Origin: Takakia lepidozioides
Taxonomy: Eukaryota; Plantae; Bryophyta
Direction of reading: 5' to 3'
DNA length: 64,000 bases
Assembly (NCBI GenBank): GCA_030704615.1
Contig: CM060732.1
Span: 50,406,001 to 50,470,000, forward strand
Positions 47,567 to 61,300 of the stretch are shown piece after piece. How positions within the stretch are numbered: the first letter of the stretch is position 1; the number at the start of each line of letters is the position of its first letter. A program made the position numbers and the translations under genes. The notes under the pieces are model-generated. The model saw only the letters and a list, made by a program, of their open reading frames with translations, had not been told where the DNA came from and ran no database searches.

Positions 47567-49724
47567 GACAAGGAGGCCTTACGCAGCTTCATTAGCAGTG
47601 CAATGCTGTTTGGTGAGTACATTCTTAGACTGTCACTTCCTTCAATTGATTCCTTAATTTCAGGTGGCTGGAGGGGGTTTATGAGTTTGGATCAGGGTTT
47701 AAATGTACTGAAAGACAGTGTTGATATCAAGGACGAGAGCTTCATGGCAAATTGTAAGGCTATGGAGCAGCTCTTGGTTGACCTTAGTAGGCAACAAGTT
47801 GAGAAGGTACCTCCTGTGTTGTGAGAGAGAGCACATGCCTCCATCTTCAAAGCCTTGCAAGTGGCTTTGGCTAATGTGATGCTCATATGCTCACAAATCT
47901 GGCAAGATGTGGCTGTTTGTTTTCGTGAAGAGGGCGTATCAACTAGAGCAGAATGAGAAAGAGAAATGAACTTTATAACATCCACATAGAGGTAAAATGT
48001 TTTTCGTATAGTATACATTTCCAATCAAAAGATACAAAGAGACAGGACAGTTTCAAGAGAAATGATCTTTTTTCATAAAAATAATAATTGTTTAGTCAAT
48101 GATAATTGTTTTCAATGTTTTACACAGGTTTTTTCAAAGATTTACCAATCTACAACTTTAATAAATTCCATATTTGCTACGTGTATAGGAGTTTTGGCCA
48201 AAAGTTTAACTGCTATTATCTGGAAAGAAATCTTGTGTTTCTTCTTTCGGAGGTTTTGCCAATATCTTGAGTGGCACTTGATGGCCACAAAGTCTCCCAT
48301 ATTCACAGACGATCCACTAATTGTCTCGCCTTTGTCATTGACAATTTTCAATGGTGTTATAGTTGTCACTGTCATTTAGTTTGATCCGTTTGTTCGAACT
48401 TGAAACAGACGGATCAATTTTTTTTGTTTTGGATTTGAGAACCTTTTTGGAGAAATTTAGGTTCTCTCCACCCACCCATTCCAAGTCTCTGGAAGCTTTT
48501 TGCCAATAGGCTGTCCAGTCATTGATTTTCCTCATGTATTCATCATAATAATGGCTTTCCTCCAACTGGATGGAGAACTTAGCCTGATGCATCTCTTCCG
48601 CAAAAGGGACGCATTTATGGTTGCCATGTTCGGCAAGATATGGAAAATTACAATTACCGAGGAATAATACTACTTCCTCAGAGTCAGCAAGGGTATTCCA
48701 CAATGTACTGTGGAAATTCGTAGCAAGAGGAAGGCGTTTCCAAAGAATTACCAACGTTTATCGCATGGTGCAGGTTGGATGAAAACATGTTGTAGATATG
48801 ACTGCGTTTCACCTCGTACGAAACCTCCTATTCCAGTTCCTTGGCTGTTGAACTGCTAGCATTCTTCTTGTGTTCCTTGGACCTTAACTTGTCGGAGTTA
48901 TGTTCGATAGACATTGTTTGTTTGTGTGTATATATCCTTCAAATGGTCCTATTTTTAATTTATCATATGTGTGTTCCTTGGTAGAGATACCTTAGTCTAA
49001 CCATCTAGATGTGCAACTTCACGATTATATATTTAAAGCTTCTATGTCCTCGTTACTTTTGTGTGTGAGCTATGGCACATGGCACCATCACCATTGTAGG
49101 GAAGGTGGGCTCCACAGAGTTTTTGAAGCCAATCAAAGAACAACTACTTCATTTTGTAAATCTCTGTCTCTCTATCTGGGTCAATTATAGTTTCTTATTC
49201 CAGATGAGTTAACGTCACATCAAAATCTACTTGATGATGGAAGAGTGTGGTTTCCATTTTCCTGAATTGGCTATGCCAGAAGGCCAAGTCTTAGCCTCTC
49301 TCATCAACTGTCAAGAGCCTTCTTAAGATGCTATGGGCACCTCTAGCTCTCAAGATGATCGTAGCAAAGGTGGACATAATCTGAGTTTCCAGAATATGTT
49401 TTCAAAACCTCCATGGCGATAAATCCTTGTTGTATTTAAGAAACAACAAAACCCTTACGGCTGTTTTGGCATCACAGTCCTTGGTGCAGCTAGGGTTACT
49501 TATGGCCCTACCTATGCTGATGGATATCGGGATTGAAAGACGTTTTCAAGTGCCTGAATATTAGGCAGGAGAGAACTAACCTCAAATCAAACCGACTCTC
49601 TCTCTTTCTCTCTCATTGTCCAGGATATTCTGACCAGATAATGACCTCTGCAGGACAATCAAGAACAATGTTCTTGCACCTCTATTCACAAACTTTCAAA
49701 ATCACCGCGCAGGATGGAGGCCTT

Positions 49725-52700
49725 TGTCGCGCGGCTTTTACTCACCCATCCCTTCTCTATTCGAGGCGGAAACTCCAAGATAGAAGAGTTGGAAATCTCT
49801 AAGTACTCAGCCCGCGCAGAACAATCAGTCATGACCTACAGCTAGTGTATCATGGGGGTGTTTCCTATTTGCTTCCCTTTTGGTATTCATGTTAGCTATC
49901 TTACCATTGATAATTAAGTATCAGTTTGCTTTATCAATCTATTGGATTCCATCAACTCATCCATTCATTTCACAGCTTCACTCAGATCTCTCTCTACACA
50001 GTGTGATTGTATCGTAAAAGTATCCGATTATGATTTATCAGGTATCAGGCCGAAGCCCTTGTGTCTCTAATCTGCTCTACAATATCATTACAGCCTTGCA
50101 TATATCAAGCATCTACTCATCATCTCTCTATCTTCACTTCCGTTCTTCATCTCTGCCCGATCCCCTCTCCTCTATGACCAAGAAGTCCTCCTCCGAATGA
50201 TCTCCTTCAATTCCCCATTTCTCCCTTTATCTTCCTATCCGTGGTTCTAACCGTTTCCCTCACTAACCGTCGTCTGTGAACTAACATGTTCCCTTCGCAG
50301 GTGTTGTTTCCCACAGTTGTTCCCTGTCCTACTCTTCGTTCCCTATGATCGTGACAGCTGTGTCAAGCTGTGACTGGCTGTGTGAAACTGTGACGGGCTG
50401 TGACTGGCTGTGTGGCTGTGCCGGGCTGTCGGCTGTGACGACTGTGTCTGCTGTGACGACTGTGACGGGCTGTGTTGGCTGTGTCGGCTGTGACGACTGT
50501 GACGACTGTGACGGGCTGTGTTGGCTGTGTCGGCTGTGTCTGCTGTGACGACTGTGACGGGCTGTGTAACCCCCCTCTACAGTGCGCTGTGGTCACCCCT
50601 AAGGCTCCTGTTGGTCTCAGTCTGTGCAAAAATTAAGGGTACCCTACAGATCCCGTATAAGTGTCTAAGTCCCCGACAGTCCTCTAACATTACCCCTTCC
50701 CCCTCAAAAAGCCGTGTCCTCACGGTTTACTGATTTCGACTAGCAAACCTTTGTGAGTGAGCACCTTTTTGACGTTGAGAGTTTCGTGGCGGACTGTGTG
50801 TACGAGCCCGAGGTCTGTCTCTGGTTGACGGAGATGGTTGATCACTACCTGGATAAGTGAGGCCCTCTGGAGGCTGATATCGAGGTAACCTTCCGGCATA
50901 GGAGACCCCCGTCGCTTCTTCTCTGCTCTGAACTGCATAGTCTTCTCCTATGTCAAAAGAATTTGGTGAAGAAACAGTTGTATCAGAATCCTCATCGCCT
51001 CTCAGGTGTTTTAATTTTCGAACTTTTTGTGGAATCATCTGGGGCATACAATGCTGTCCTACCATGTCTGGAAGTTTGTATTTTACAACTTGGTGTAACC
51101 GTTGAACAGCAAAATTGGTGTAGACACTGAGCTTCTTGTCTGTCCAGGTGAGTGGGGTACCAATTACTGGTGCAGCGTGCAAGTATTTCCATGCCACATG
51201 TCCCTTATAGAAAATGTCATCAATGCCGAATTTCTGTGTTGACAAATGGTTCCAGGCCGCTTGAAACCATGAACGAATTTGAGAATCCTTTTGCATCATA
51301 ACTTTTGGGTCATATAGGTACATATGAGGTGGCACCGAAGGTAATACCCAATGATCTCCACTGGAATAACTCAGAACGCGTGTTTGCATCTTTTGTTGCT
51401 CAATGTGGTAACGTACCAGAAAACAAGCAGCGTAGTATAACCCGCATCCCATGACAATACTTGCTACCTCCTTGGTCTTGGTATAAATGAGTCCATGTAC
51501 AACCTGGAAAGCAATCAATTCCCTCAACATGGTACCTGCCTCGTGCCAGTATTGTGCAAAGTGATGATCTTCAATATGTCGATTGTTCGGAAGAACTTTA
51601 GTCCTAGTTGCCACTGGCAGCCAAATACGCATGATTTGGTAGTAATGTGCGAATGACTGCGGAGGACTAAATTCTTTCCAAGCCAAATCCAACATGATGG
51701 GAATTTGGTTGAAGGGCATAATCATAGCCCTACTGTACTCCTTGCAGCTGGAGTTTTAAGTGGGTTAAAGCGGCATTGCCCCATACCTCCGGCTGTGGTG
51801 GCTGTGGTTGGTTGTAGTACCACAGGTTCCTACTGGTACAGTGACTTGTTGTGGTGGTGGTGGTACTGGCTCTTGTATCATTGGCATCTCCTGCACCTCC
51901 TGTGAAGACTGAAAAGCCAAAGTTTGGCTTGTAAATAAGAAGCCATTAGCTGTTCCTGAGGGATATAGACTCTTTTGTCGATGTTTGAAGTGAGGTCTTC
52001 CACTTGAGTCTGCAGTCCGTCTACATCCTCTTGTAACTCTGCTATCCTACTATAGACATTGTCTATAGTAGTTGTGGCAATGTTCTGCACCTGCAGCCTG
52101 AGCTCATTCATCTCGCTTTGGGTAAGCTTTCGTGGTGCTTTGCCCTCTACTGGCCCTTGTGCTAACCAGACCTGCATAAGGCTGTTATCCACCAAGTTGC
52201 TTGTGGTTCCCCAGAGAGTTTGCTCCTCTCTTAGCTTGTACAATTCCACTGCTGTTGTAAAGCCTCCATGCGCTTCGCCTGAGGTTCAACCAATTGCGCA
52301 TAAGCAGCAAGTAATTATTGGCTTCCTTCCAAGCCTTGTTATTGACCGCGATTTCATTTCTATTGGCCATGATGGTTTGTTGCAACTCCACGATGTGCTT
52401 ATCTTGATCAGCTTCAATCTGCCTGTATTGCTTGAAAGTATCTTCATTGCGACAGATTGTATTCTTCATATCGACAATGAGCTTCATTTGCTCAACATTC
52501 TCTTCTTCTGCCTTCGTACATTTTCCGCTTGACTGTTTATTTCTTTTGTAGATTGGTCAAGCATAGTTGTGAATGTATCACATTGTATCGCCATCCTGTC
52601 ATGCACTGTCTGCAACTCTGTATGTAGTGCATTCACTTCTTGCAACTGCTTTCATGCTGCACCCTGCATTTGGTATAGCTGTTGCTTATGTGCTTCGTGC

Positions 52701-53552
52701 AACTGGTCTTGCGCGAGGCCTGCCTCAATCAATTGTTCCTTGGCCAACCAATTGCAAAGCCACTTCTGTATTTCCCAAGTCCTGCTGCATCTTGAGAGTG
52801 ACCTCTTCATCGACCTTGTTTGCACACTCAGTGGCTAGTCGAGCCTCAAACTCCTTCCTGAGTTCCTTCTCAAGGCTGTCAATTGGTAATTGGAACATGG
52901 ATTTGACATAAGTCCCCAACAAATTAAGTGTCCTGCCTATTGAACTCATCAGCATTGCCTGTTGAGGGTCATCATGGTGAGGTTGCTGCTGTTCCTCCTG
53001 ATCTTCAACAGTGTGATGTCTCACGAACCTTCAGGCCATTGTCCCACCGGATTTTCTTCCTGAACTACTTCATCTATCACTGGTGCTACAGTGTCATGAT
53101 CTTCCGCTGTGTACCTCCGACACAGGTGTGTGTATTATATGCACCTCAGGATTTCCTTGGGCAACTGTTGCACCTCTGGGATCTCTGTCTCCTTGACCAG
53201 ACCAGAATATTCATAGAGAAGGTCCCCTTCTCCATTTCTGCCACTATCTGTTCTTTAGTTGGAATATCTAACCCTTCTGTTTCCAAATCAATTATTTCTG
53301 GTTTGAGTTGCATGGATAACTTGTGACCTTGTGACAAGTCGATCAGCTGGCTGTGATGGTTGTGATACAGAAGTACTTCCTCCTCCTCTCTGAAGGTCTT
53401 GCTTCCAGTAATAGCATTTCTCTGTGCTGCTGTGCCCCTTCCTGGCCATGAGCTTGGGAAACATTATCATGCGGAATCCCGTGAAGCCATTTGGATCCGC
53501 CACTACATGTCTTTCCCCGGCTCTGCTCTTAGTCTCAGGTTGCCTTGCTAGA
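49725..53552 (-). mobile_element. Second, diverged copy of the Ty3/gypsy family: 3' LTR (49725-50689), PPT and ORF3, cut by the gap
   Basis: Reverse complement of the LTR and ORF3 of 21760-35276. Shorter minisatellite, diverged U3, many 1-bp indels. Confidence 0.95.
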
Positions 53553-54052
53553 NNNNNNNNNNNNNNNNNNNNNNNNNNNNNNNNNNNNNNNNNNNNNNNN
53601 NNNNNNNNNNNNNNNNNNNNNNNNNNNNNNNNNNNNNNNNNNNNNNNNNNNNNNNNNNNNNNNNNNNNNNNNNNNNNNNNNNNNNNNNNNNNNNNNNNNN
53701 NNNNNNNNNNNNNNNNNNNNNNNNNNNNNNNNNNNNNNNNNNNNNNNNNNNNNNNNNNNNNNNNNNNNNNNNNNNNNNNNNNNNNNNNNNNNNNNNNNNN
53801 NNNNNNNNNNNNNNNNNNNNNNNNNNNNNNNNNNNNNNNNNNNNNNNNNNNNNNNNNNNNNNNNNNNNNNNNNNNNNNNNNNNNNNNNNNNNNNNNNNNN
53901 NNNNNNNNNNNNNNNNNNNNNNNNNNNNNNNNNNNNNNNNNNNNNNNNNNNNNNNNNNNNNNNNNNNNNNNNNNNNNNNNNNNNNNNNNNNNNNNNNNNN
54001 NNNNNNNNNNNNNNNNNNNNNNNNNNNNNNNNNNNNNNNNNNNNNNNNNNNN
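53553..54052. other. Assembly gap (500 N)
   Basis: Run of N. Confidence 1.
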
Positions 54053-54610
54053 CCGGATTTCCATCCGCGCGCTTCCGAATTACCTGCATGAGGGAAATTT
54101 CCGCACCGCCGCCCTACCTCGCGCAAATGGAAATTCGGCGCCGGATTTCCATCCGCGCGCTTCCGAATTACCTGCGTGAGGGAAATTTCCGGAGCCGCCC
54201 TAACTCCGCGGATGGAAATTCGGCGCCGGATTTCCATCCGCGCGCTTCCGAATTACCTGCGTGAGGGAAATTTCGCGCGCCGCCCTAACTCCGCGGATGG
54301 AAATTTGGCGCCGGATTCCATCCGCGCGCTTCCGAATTACCTGCGTGAGGGAAATTTCCGGCGCCGCCCTACCTCCGCGGATGGAAATTCGGTGCGGATT
54401 TCCATCCGCGCGCTTCCGAATTACCTGCGTGAGGGAAATTTTCCAGCGCCGGCCTTCCTCCGCGGATGGAAATTCGGCGCCGGATATCCATCCTGCTGCG
54501 CTCCGAATTACCTGCAGGATGGAAATTCGGCGCCGGAATTCCATCGTGCAGCGCTCCGAATTACCTCTACGTTGGAAATTCCGGGACTGTTTACGTCGAT
54601 TTCATCCGAC
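54053..54610. repeat. ~85-bp tandem array with a 36-bp palindrome, upstream of cargo gene B
   Basis: CGCGGATGGAAATTCGGCGCCGGATTTCCATCCGCG in about 6 units. Confidence 0.9.
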
Positions 54611-55330
54611 ATGGAGGGCTTCATCCGACATTTAATTGCGCAGTTGGGCAATAAATGTCGACGGCCCGTCGGTTATTATTCGGGCTGGCGACGCATGGCT
54701 TCCTGGACACGTACCCTAAAATCTCATGCTAAACTTGGCTAAACATGGTATTCCAGGCATGTACCCCAAAAAGGAGATCTTTTTGGCTGGGACTTATGCC
54801 GCCTGAAAGGGCGTGGCTCTCCTGAGAGAGACCTCACATCCAGACCCGCGCGGAAGTTGAAAGCTCTGTACTACGGACGACGGCCAATCTCTCGCATGGC
54901 CAAACTGAAGCTCCAGCAGGAGATTCCAGTGTCTTGCTCACAACCTGCGCCAACTGAAGCCGAGTACTCTCAGGCAAGCCACTTCTGCTTTCGGTTTGTT
55001 CGATTTATTTTTTGCTTTCGCTTTGTTACCTCGCTTTGTTTTTTGCATCTTCATCCTGGCTTTGCTGTATGAGTGAACTTTAGATAGTTGAGTGAACCTT
55101 AGATTGTTTGCAATGCGTGTGTCAAATCCGGCAGCTCTGGAGAAGGCTGCTTGTGCATGTCATTCTTAGGCAAGGTTGCATTTGTTTCATTGTTGTTGCA
55201 TGGCTCTCCATACTTCCTAAACTTGTTATGTTTTCATTTTGCTACATGATTGTTGCTATGGTGGTTGCGCTGCTCGTTGCGATGCTGCTTTTTGCACCGA
55301 TGTTGGTTTTCACGATTTTTGTCAATGACA

Positions 55331-58300
55331 GAGTGACGACGAGCCCGGCACGCTGGTGGTATCATCGACAGCTCCAACTCATCGCATGTTTGAATCGCCC
55401 AACTTGGGGCGAGAGGGCAAACTTAAACCTTTTGTTGGTGGAACGGAGAACTTGCAACGAGATTACGACAGAGTAGGCATTGGGGAGGTTGGTGCAGGCG
55501 GCATGGCAGGTGAAGGGCGTGAGGACATGAGGACAGCAGATCCGGCAATGGAGGTTGTTCATGCACATGCAGTAGGGCCCGCCCACGCAAAGAAAAAGAA
55601 GAAAGCTAAGCACATGCAATCCCCGGCGAGAGAGCAGTCACGGGCTGCGGAGGGGGAGTGAGCAGTGCGCGCGAGGGTGTCAGTTCGCCTCAATCAAAGG
55701 TGCGTCCGGAGGGGCTCCCCTGCTGCTAGCCCTAGTAAGAAACAGAAAGCCCGTGAGAGGGCAAAAGAGAGGGCAAAAGAACAGACGAGACAGAATGCTA
55801 GCCAGGAGGAAAGACAAAAGGCAGCTGAAGAGGCCAGGGGTGCCAAATGACAGATGCCAATGTAAGCGAGGGACCCACAGAGACGGTGGATCCCTACAAG
55901 ACACCACAGAGAGGCAGTAGCACACCGGTTAGACCATCGCGGGCAAGAGCAGCCCCCGCAATTACCCATACGGTGGAGAGTGGAGGAGAGGAAAGAACAC
56001 CTGAAAGAGCACGGATTGTGCAAGTTCGAGGTGAAGCCAGGGAGAGGGCAGTAGAGACGACGAGAGTGCTGGAGGTGTTTCGCAGGTGGCTGACCCTGTT
56101 GAGGAGGACGACATGGAGGTTTTCTGACCAGGATGACATCCTCCCGGACATCCCCAGGCCCAAACCCGGAGCATACAGGCTGGATTTGGCGGTCCCTGGT
56201 GGGCTGCCGGAAAACCCTCTGCAGCAGACGTCATGTCTGAGGCGGATATGAAGTTGGCCGCTGCCAAGATGTTGGAGGCAACCCACAGCAACATTGGCAG
56301 GGTGCTGGGGGGCATGGTGTACCCGGCCAAGCTTCGAATTCCCCTTTGCCGCTTGGTGTCATTGCAGGTGGTGAGACCTGCCCCTCCCAGGCGATATCGA
56401 CAAGCTGAAATTCTCTTTCCGGGATGGATATCGAATGGGGTCTGCCCGCTTTTACGTTTCCATTGAGAACGACCACGGAGCTTCCCGTGCCCACACTTCC
56501 GATGAGGTGGACAAATGGGGTCCCCATTGGCAAACGCGAAATGAGGAGTTTCGAGAGATCGATTGCTAGTGATCCTCTTTTCCAGCACATGGCAAGATGT
56601 TCTACGTGTGGGACGGCAATCATCGCCTCCTGGCATGGATGGAGCACATTGCCCAAGCCCACCCCAACGATCTCGATTGGCATTTCGCCGTCGATTGTGT
56701 TGTGCTGAAGGTGCGGGGCCCCAAAGATCGCAGTCTTCTCAAAGCTGCAATGGCCGACATCAACTCGTAAGCTACAACCCCTCTCGCTTTTGGACTTTGA
56801 ATTGGAAGTCATTTCATTGCGAATCCTCATATATGATGAAAATTCCCATTTCAGTATTGTTTGATGGAAATGTGGCACTGCAGGGTGACTGAGAATGCCT
56901 TCATTGCCACCAACTTGTCCCATATGCTCTTCCGAGTGAAGGATGTCGGGAAGCAGGGGTGCAAGAGTTTGCCAATTCCCTCAGTGCCGACCTCCTGCGC
57001 AAGTCGGAGGCAAAGGCAGACAGAACCTGGTATAGGCTGAGCGTCGACGCCATGGTGGACTACATATTTCGGGTAAAGCTCCTGACAGTTTTGTTGAGCT
57101 AGTCTGTCTCTCCTCCCCAATAGAAGAAATTGTGTTGAGCAGGATCTCTAATCTTATGTGCGCCTTTTCGACAGACGAAAATACAGCAGGATTGGCACAT
57201 GCGCGGAGGTTCTACATGGTTCAGAGGAGAAGAATCCAACCCTCCCGGAACTCGAATCGTATGTCAAAGCTGCGGAGGTGAGGGCCCGCATAAAGTACAA
57301 GTCGCGGATGGTAAAGTACGTGGCCATAGCTGATCCCGCCCTTGGTGCTGACTTTCTGGTGGAGGTGGGGAAGCACTACTCTCGCGCTCTGAAGCCCACG
57401 ATGACATTGGAGAAGCTCCATCGTCTAGCCACATCCTGTGTGGATGCAACAGAAAAGGTGATACATTCTTAACCAAATTGTGGTGGCAACAACTCCTTTT
57501 TGTGGTGTTTGGCGCTTACGAATATGCTGGGTGGTTGGACAGACCGGTGGCTCCAAATCTGGAATGGTTCCCAAAGTACCAGGGACATGTGGAGCTTCCC
57601 CAAACCGGACAAACTCTCTGACCCCACATTCGACATGTGGATGAACCGCATGACATGGTGGTTTCAGGTACTTCCCCACGCTTCGTTTGGGGCTTCTACT
57701 CTAGTAGGGGGTGGATTCATTGTATTTTTTGAGGAAAGCGATCTGATGGACAATCTCCACAGGTGACGACGAATGCGCAAGAGCAGCTGGACACACAAGC
57801 ACATCAGTTCAAGATGGAGATATCTCCTGCAGCAGAGAGCCTACGTGACTATGTGACGAGGTACTTTCTGCTCTACAAAACCAACCTATTCTTTCGGGAG
57901 ATAGCAGATGCTCGCCGGAGCCACGAGTTCACCGACCAGCCGAACGCGGACAAAGCAGCAATGCGCCTTCTGTACAGGTACATACGCGCTGCCTTTCTTT
58001 CAAGTCCTGGCATTTCAGGATGTTAGAGGCCTCAAGTGGTGTTAGGGAAAATGGCGCCGAATTTCCAGTCAGGGCTCCGAAAATGGCTAAGTCCCTAGAC
58101 TGGCTGGCCCGGAACTGGAAATTCGGCGCCATTTTCCAGTTCCAGGCCCTATTGCCGTTCAGGACTTAGCCATTTTCGGCCTAAGTCCCTAGACTGGCTG
58201 GCCCTGAAGTGGAAATTCGGCGCCATATTCCAGTTTTAGGCCCTATTGCCGTTCAGGGACTTAGCCATTTTCGGCCTAAGTCCCTAGTGTGGCTGGCCCG

Positions 58301-61300
58301 GAACTGGAAATTCGGCGCCGTTTTCCAGTTCTAGGCCCTATTGCCGTCCAGGGACTTAGCCATTTTCGGGCTAAGTCCCTAGACTGGCTGCCCTGAACTG
58401 GAAATTCGGCGCCGTTTTCCAGTTCTAGGCCCTATTGCCGTCCAGGGACTTAGCCATTTTCGGGCTAAGTCCCTAGACTGGCTGGCCCTGAATGGAAATT
58501 CGGCGCCATATTCCAGTTCCAGGCCCTATTGCCGTCCAGGGACTTAGCCATTTTCGGTCTAAGTCCCTACGGTGGCTGGCCAGGAACTGGAAATTCGGCG
58601 CCGTTTTCCAGTTCTAGGCCCTATTGCCGTCCAGGGACTTAGCCATTTTCGGGCTAAGTCCCTAGTGTGGCTGGCCCGGAACTGGAAATTCGGCGCCGTT
58701 TTCCAGTTCTAGGCCCTATTGCCGTCCAGGGACTTAGCCATTTTCGGGCTAAGTCCCTAGGGTGGCTGGCCGGAACTGGAAATTCGGCGCCGTTTTCCAG
58801 TTCTAGGCCCTATTGCCGTCCAGGGACTTAGCCATTTTCGGGCTAAGTCCCTAGACTGGCTGGCTCTGAATTGGAAATTCGGCGCCATTTTCCAGTTCCA
58901 GGCCGTATTGTCGTTCAGGGACTTAGCCATTTTCGGGCTAAGTCCCTAGACTGGGTGGCCCTGAAGTGGAAATTCGGCGCCATATTCCAGTTGTAGGCCC
59001 TATTGCCGTTCAGGGACTTAGCCATTTTCGGACCTCATTGTGTTTTTCATGAATGCAGGTACTGTAAGTTCTCGCTTTTGGAGAAAGGTCATCTGTCTTT
59101 CGAGCCACCATTCTTCCTGGCATGGAGGAACCCTGGGGCTGACTCCATGTACACTGACGATATTGTGAAGGAGTGGCATCTGGAACATTTGCGTGATTGC
59201 CCTTGGTATGTGGACCTTCCGCCCGGCTCGCTCGACCCATCCGAGTTTCAATTGAAGCTGGATGCTGAATTCCGACGAAACCGGGCTCCGCTGCCTCCGT
59301 TGGGTGCAAAAGAGGCAAAAGCGCTTGCGAACTCCAAGAAAGCGGCAGAGCTTGCTCAGGCAGGAATTCAGGAGAAATTGCATGAGAAAAGTAAAGGTCA
59401 AAGGAAAGGACAAGGAAACAGGTGACTGCAGTAACACCCAAAAAGAAGAAAACCATCGGGGCATCGGAGGAGGCGCAGGAGGGGACCCAAGAGAGTGACT
59501 CCGACGCCGATTTTGTTCAAGGTCTTGCGACTGCTGTTGCTCCTACCCAGTCACCGGTCGTCCGGGTTCCCAAGTCAGTTCGGAGTGGGACTGGCTCTGC
59601 CAAGAAGTTGGCATTTGAGGGCGAGCCTACACGGCGGTATTCGGCGGTGACGTTTACGCACAGGCCAAAGCTAGAACCTCCAACCATCATCCAATGCGTC
59701 AATGAGAGCTTCCTTGACGCTCTCGCTGCCAGGGCGAAGAAGGTGGCACACAACAAGTCTCTGGCGGAGCAGAAGGGGAAAGCCAAGAAGAGGGCTGCCG
59801 GTACAGAGCCTAAAGACACCCCTGGTTTTGAAGCCATGATGGAATTCTTCACGGCTGTGAGCACGAATTGCAAGAGCACTCGGGGGGGGGTTGAGGTGGA
59901 GAGAGCTTGCGACATGATTCTCCTCGACATTCCAGATGGGGAGCTGCTGGAGGGCCTGGATGGTGTGCCCACCTGGAACAGGTTTACTGAGGACTACTGG
60001 AAAGCCGGGTTTGGGCTGGCGGGGATGCTTTTGGATGACGGTGGATGTGTGGTTGTCCTTGCCACGAGAGGGAAGACCACAGAGAATGCGGTGGCAAGGT
60101 GGACACCGAAAAGTGTCACCCCGGTCCTCCTCAGAAAATGGTTCTGCATCATTACGCAGGGGTTGCGAACAGAGGGCCAAAGTGTAAGTTATCAATCTAT
60201 TGCATTCACTTCATATTGTGGTGTATGTTAAGTAGACCCTGGAATTGATCCCTTCTTTGTTGGATGTGCAGACATTGGTGTTTGAGGCATATTGCTTTGT
60301 GAAGAGAGGGTCTACGTTCAAATTCCGCAACGACGGTCGTCTTGTTGATGCCGCTGTGGACCCTGTAACCTACGATGTCCTCTACAACTATGTGCTCCAC
60401 TCTAGTATGCCGAAGGACACAAAGACAGGCAAACCGTGGCGGTACAGCCGGACCCGGAGCCCTGCTTTCATCCAAACCCTCATGGAGACGTGCTCGGATG
60501 TCCAAGGGCGGATTCTGGACCTCACATGCGGCACGGGTAAGCCTTCACGTGCTCAGTTTGTCCCCTGGCCCATTGCAATTGCATGCCGCAAGCTATTAAC
60601 CGCCCGCTTTGTTCCTCAGGTGCTTCAATGTGGGCAGGGACGTTGTCCGACAGGCATGTGTTCGCCTTCGAGCCAGATACTGCCCTCCACAACTCGAAAC
60701 TTGCAGCGGCTGAACGTCTGCCGAAAGAGGAAGAGGCATCCTCGGAGGATGAGGAAAAATCCGAGAAGGAGCAGGGGAGGAAGTTGGGATCGAGGCCGAG
60801 GAGCCCCCGGTTTACGAGTGAGTGGTGGCATTGTAAGTTGCCTCCAGATTTTGTGAGGCACCTCCCTCAGCTCTCTTATTTCATTGAAAACCCTTTCTGG
60901 TTGTGCTGGTATTGACATTCTTCAAGTGGATTTGTTCTTACTGTAGGATGCCAAGTACTGCCGGAGGGACGTCTACACCGGAGTTCATGGGCAGGAGGAA
61001 CGTGCCTTTCTTTGCCAGGGGGATTTCATGCCTAGTCCAGAAAGGGAGTACATCCTTCCTACTTATGCTGCCCGGCTTGCTTCGGTGTCCGTTAGGAGGT
61101 GTTCCGAACGTAGTCGTGTACAGCAGATTTTAGACGAGGCAAGCCTCAAGAAAATGAAGATGAGGGAGGAGGCAGTAGCTATTAGAGCCCGTCGGGCTCG
61201 TAGATTTGTGTTGGATTCTGCTGAGGAAAGTGGGGGAGAAGATGCAGAAGATTCCCAGGAGGTGAGGTGGACAGTCCCCCAAGGAGAGGACGGGATTTTT

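Noticed and set aside
49000-49724. Possible integrase remnant
   Set aside because: Too degenerate to show convincing motifs.
53288-54264. ORFs spanning the N run
   Set aside because: Artefacts of the assembly gap.
58045-59032. CRISPR-like array (also 54053-54610, 43517-44280 and 16300-18352)
   Set aside because: Eukaryotic context and no cas genes. Spacers are either repeated (tandem arrays) or highly variable in length.
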